Below are positions 57,012 through 64,000 of a DNA stretch of 64,000 bases, piece after piece. Under the pieces are notes generated by a model. That model made no database searches. It was not told where the DNA came from and worked only from the letters and a program-made list of their open reading frames with translations. Source of the DNA: Amoebidium appalachense (taxonomy: Eukaryota > Protista > Ichthyosporea); contig CAVNZM010000002.1 in NCBI GenBank assembly GCA_963693365.1, forward strand, positions 15,657,615-15,721,614. The letters run 5' to 3'. Each line of letters begins with the position of its first letter. The stretch's first letter is position 1. Made by a program: the position numbers and the translations under genes.

Positions 57012-58204
57012 GACCACCACCACTTCCGCACGCATGCACGCACGCATTGGTTCCTTCTTAAATGGTGCAGTTGCAAGGCTTCATGACATGAGATGCAAAC
57101 TCTCCCGGGTGCCTTCTGTGTTTGCAGTGCGTGCAATGTGCATGTGTCTGTGCCAGTGTGTATGAATATTCATACAGTGTGTGAGAGAGCGTTTGAATGT
57201 GGGCACTTCTTTTTAAAAAGGCTACTCGTACAGACTCGAGCGCTTGCACAACAAAAGGCATAGCGTTCTCACCACACACACATGGCCACACATATACCGT
57301 GGCGTTCACTCCTCTCATATACTCTCCATCATTGCGCAAAAGATCAACACTCCCTAATATTAGTCCCCCGCTCCACCCCTATCCCCCTTCCCCCCTTCAC
57401 CTCCCCCCCCCCCCCCCCCCCCCCCCCCCCCACACCCCCTCCCGGTCCCTAAACCTCTCCCCTCCCCCTCCCCCTCCCCCTCCCACTCCCTCCCCCTCCC
57501 CTCCCCCCCCCCCCCCCCCCTCTCACAGGGGGAGGGGGGGGGGGGGGGGGAGACCCCGAAGAGTTGCAATGCAATTCTCAATAGCAGAGGTTTATTTACA
57601 ATTAGTGGAATGACGATAACAATGTATGGACTGGTTGCAAAGGCCTTCAATAGGTCAAAAACAGTATATACTCTGTGCGTGTGTTTTTGTTAGATGTGTT
57701 GTACTGATATGTATGGCTGTGTGTGTGTGTGTGTGTGTATGTATATTGATTGTATGCAGGTGAATGAGCAAGCATGTGTGCCTATGTGTATCCATTCGAA
57801 CAAAAAAATAAAAAAAGGAAGTACACAATGACACAGTGTAATCTCCAGGAAAACCACTCGCACTCCTCCACATTCCATCGATCACCCTAAGCATTCTTCA
57901 GAGAGACCAGGATCCCTTAAGCCAAACACCAGCCAGTCGTGTGCCTAACTGCTTCAGCGTTCCAACAAATCACTTCCTTGCCCCCATCTTTCCAAATAAT
58001 ACCCCCCCCCCCCCCCTTCCCACATATACTACTCGAAGGGGGCTCAGGTGGGAAAGTGGGAGAAGAGGGGAGGGGAGATGAAACATCCTATACGAGAGTT
58101 TTGGAACGACATAAGTACACACAGCTGCTATCTAGACATCTAGATCTGTCGACATTGGAATGTGCTCACGTGCACCCATGCAACCACGTGGCAGGCACGT
58201 GGGC

Positions 58205-62801
<4,597 letters not shown>

Positions 62802-63168
62802 GGTGGCGGCTGTGTGTGTGTTTGAGGGGAGTGGGTAGGGGGATGGGGGGGGGGGAGGTTGGGGTTTATGGGGGTGGGTGGGTGGGGAGGGGGGGGGGGG
62901 TGGCATCGAAAAGGGAGAGGAAGGGAAAAGGGGGTTGGTAGGGTGAAACAGGTGTGGGGAGTAATTTCAGATTGGGGGAGAGGGGGGGGGGAGGGGGGGG
63001 AGGGGGGGAGGGGGGGAGGGGGGGGGGGGGGGGGGGGAGGAACGGGGGGAGTCTGTGTGGACACCATAAAGGTGAAAAGGAGTGAAGAGAGAAGGGTTTA
63101 GATGAAATGTGAGGGTTGCTGTCGACAATCGTGCCTGGTATGTGTGGTGCCTGCACGTGTGTACTTGC

Positions 63169-63212
<44 letters not shown>

Positions 63213-63480
63213 CCGTGACCACGTGCGTGTGACTGCCTAGCAGTGTCTGCTTGAATGCGCGACACGCTATATGTGTACCCCTGTCGGTGCGAGCGCGTGT
63301 TCAAATGTGGTTCTCAGCATATGCGCGCATGGCGTGAGCTTCCTTTTTTATTACACGAACAAAAAAGTAGGAGTATATGTGTGTGCGTCTATCTGTGAGT
63401 GTGCGCGCGCACACATATGTGCATGTACAAGTGCGTGTGCACGCGTGATTGTGTGTCTGTTTGCATGCGTGCACGTGTGC

Positions 63481-63522
<42 letters not shown>

Positions 63523-64000
63523 CATGCCCACTGTCTGTGTATGAAAGCACGTATCCAGTATGCTGTGCGTGCCTTCCTGCCTGTACGTGTATGTGTGTGT
63601 GTTAAACATGTCAGTAAGTGTGCCGAGCATGCGATTTATCCTTAAGTACCTGCTGGTTTTACCCTCCCTCTACCTCCCTCACACGTTACACACAAACCCC
63701 CACTATAGCCAGACCATACAATAAGTCCCCGTGGAACGCGCACACAGAACCAAAACAAGCACCCAGACACGCACACGCACACAAAATTACGCGTGAACCC
63801 CGCGCACGCACAGCCCCAGTTCCTCTTCTCCAGCACCCCTGCCCTCCTTCTCACTCCCCTTTCAAGTGTCTGTTTTTTCCACCCGTATCCCGCTGTGTCA
63901 AGGTCAACCGCTCTCTCACCTGTATCTCAAAAACGCAACCAAAACTGATTATATAGTCCCTGCGGAGACAAAACCTAACACAACCGTATCTACCAAAACA

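Overview
Eukaryotic, intron-rich DNA saturated with poly-G/poly-C, (CA)n/(GT)n and (GA)n/(CT)n tracts, so most ORFs in the six-frame track are low-complexity artefacts. Host genes that can be spliced together by hand: the first two exons of ELP4 (- strand), a complete 15-exon receptor tyrosine kinase of 712 aa (- strand, 5992-16702), a disrupted FAD-dependent oxidoreductase 3' half, an OB-fold + CCCH + SAM-methyltransferase-like gene (+ strand) and CCDC124 (- strand). A bona fide RTK with an unfamiliar ectodomain suggests a holozoan, possibly a unicellular one (inference). The centre of the window is a transposon cluster. It holds a ~20.4-kb Helentron/Helitron2-type rolling-circle element (about 27421-47800) with recognisable subterminal inverted repeats and a 3' stem-loop. 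That element encodes an intron-containing Rep-Pif1 protein that appears to be extended through four tandemly duplicated 66-nt exons into a C-terminal OTU-like cysteine protease, and it carries an orphan cargo ORF. Directly next to it is an ISL2EU/Harbinger-like DNA transposon (THAP-DDE transposase plus a convergent SWIM gene). Relics of a DIRS/Ngaro gag, a KDZ-type transposase and small Helitron1-like termini are also present. All family assignments are from motif recognition by eye; no database searches were run.
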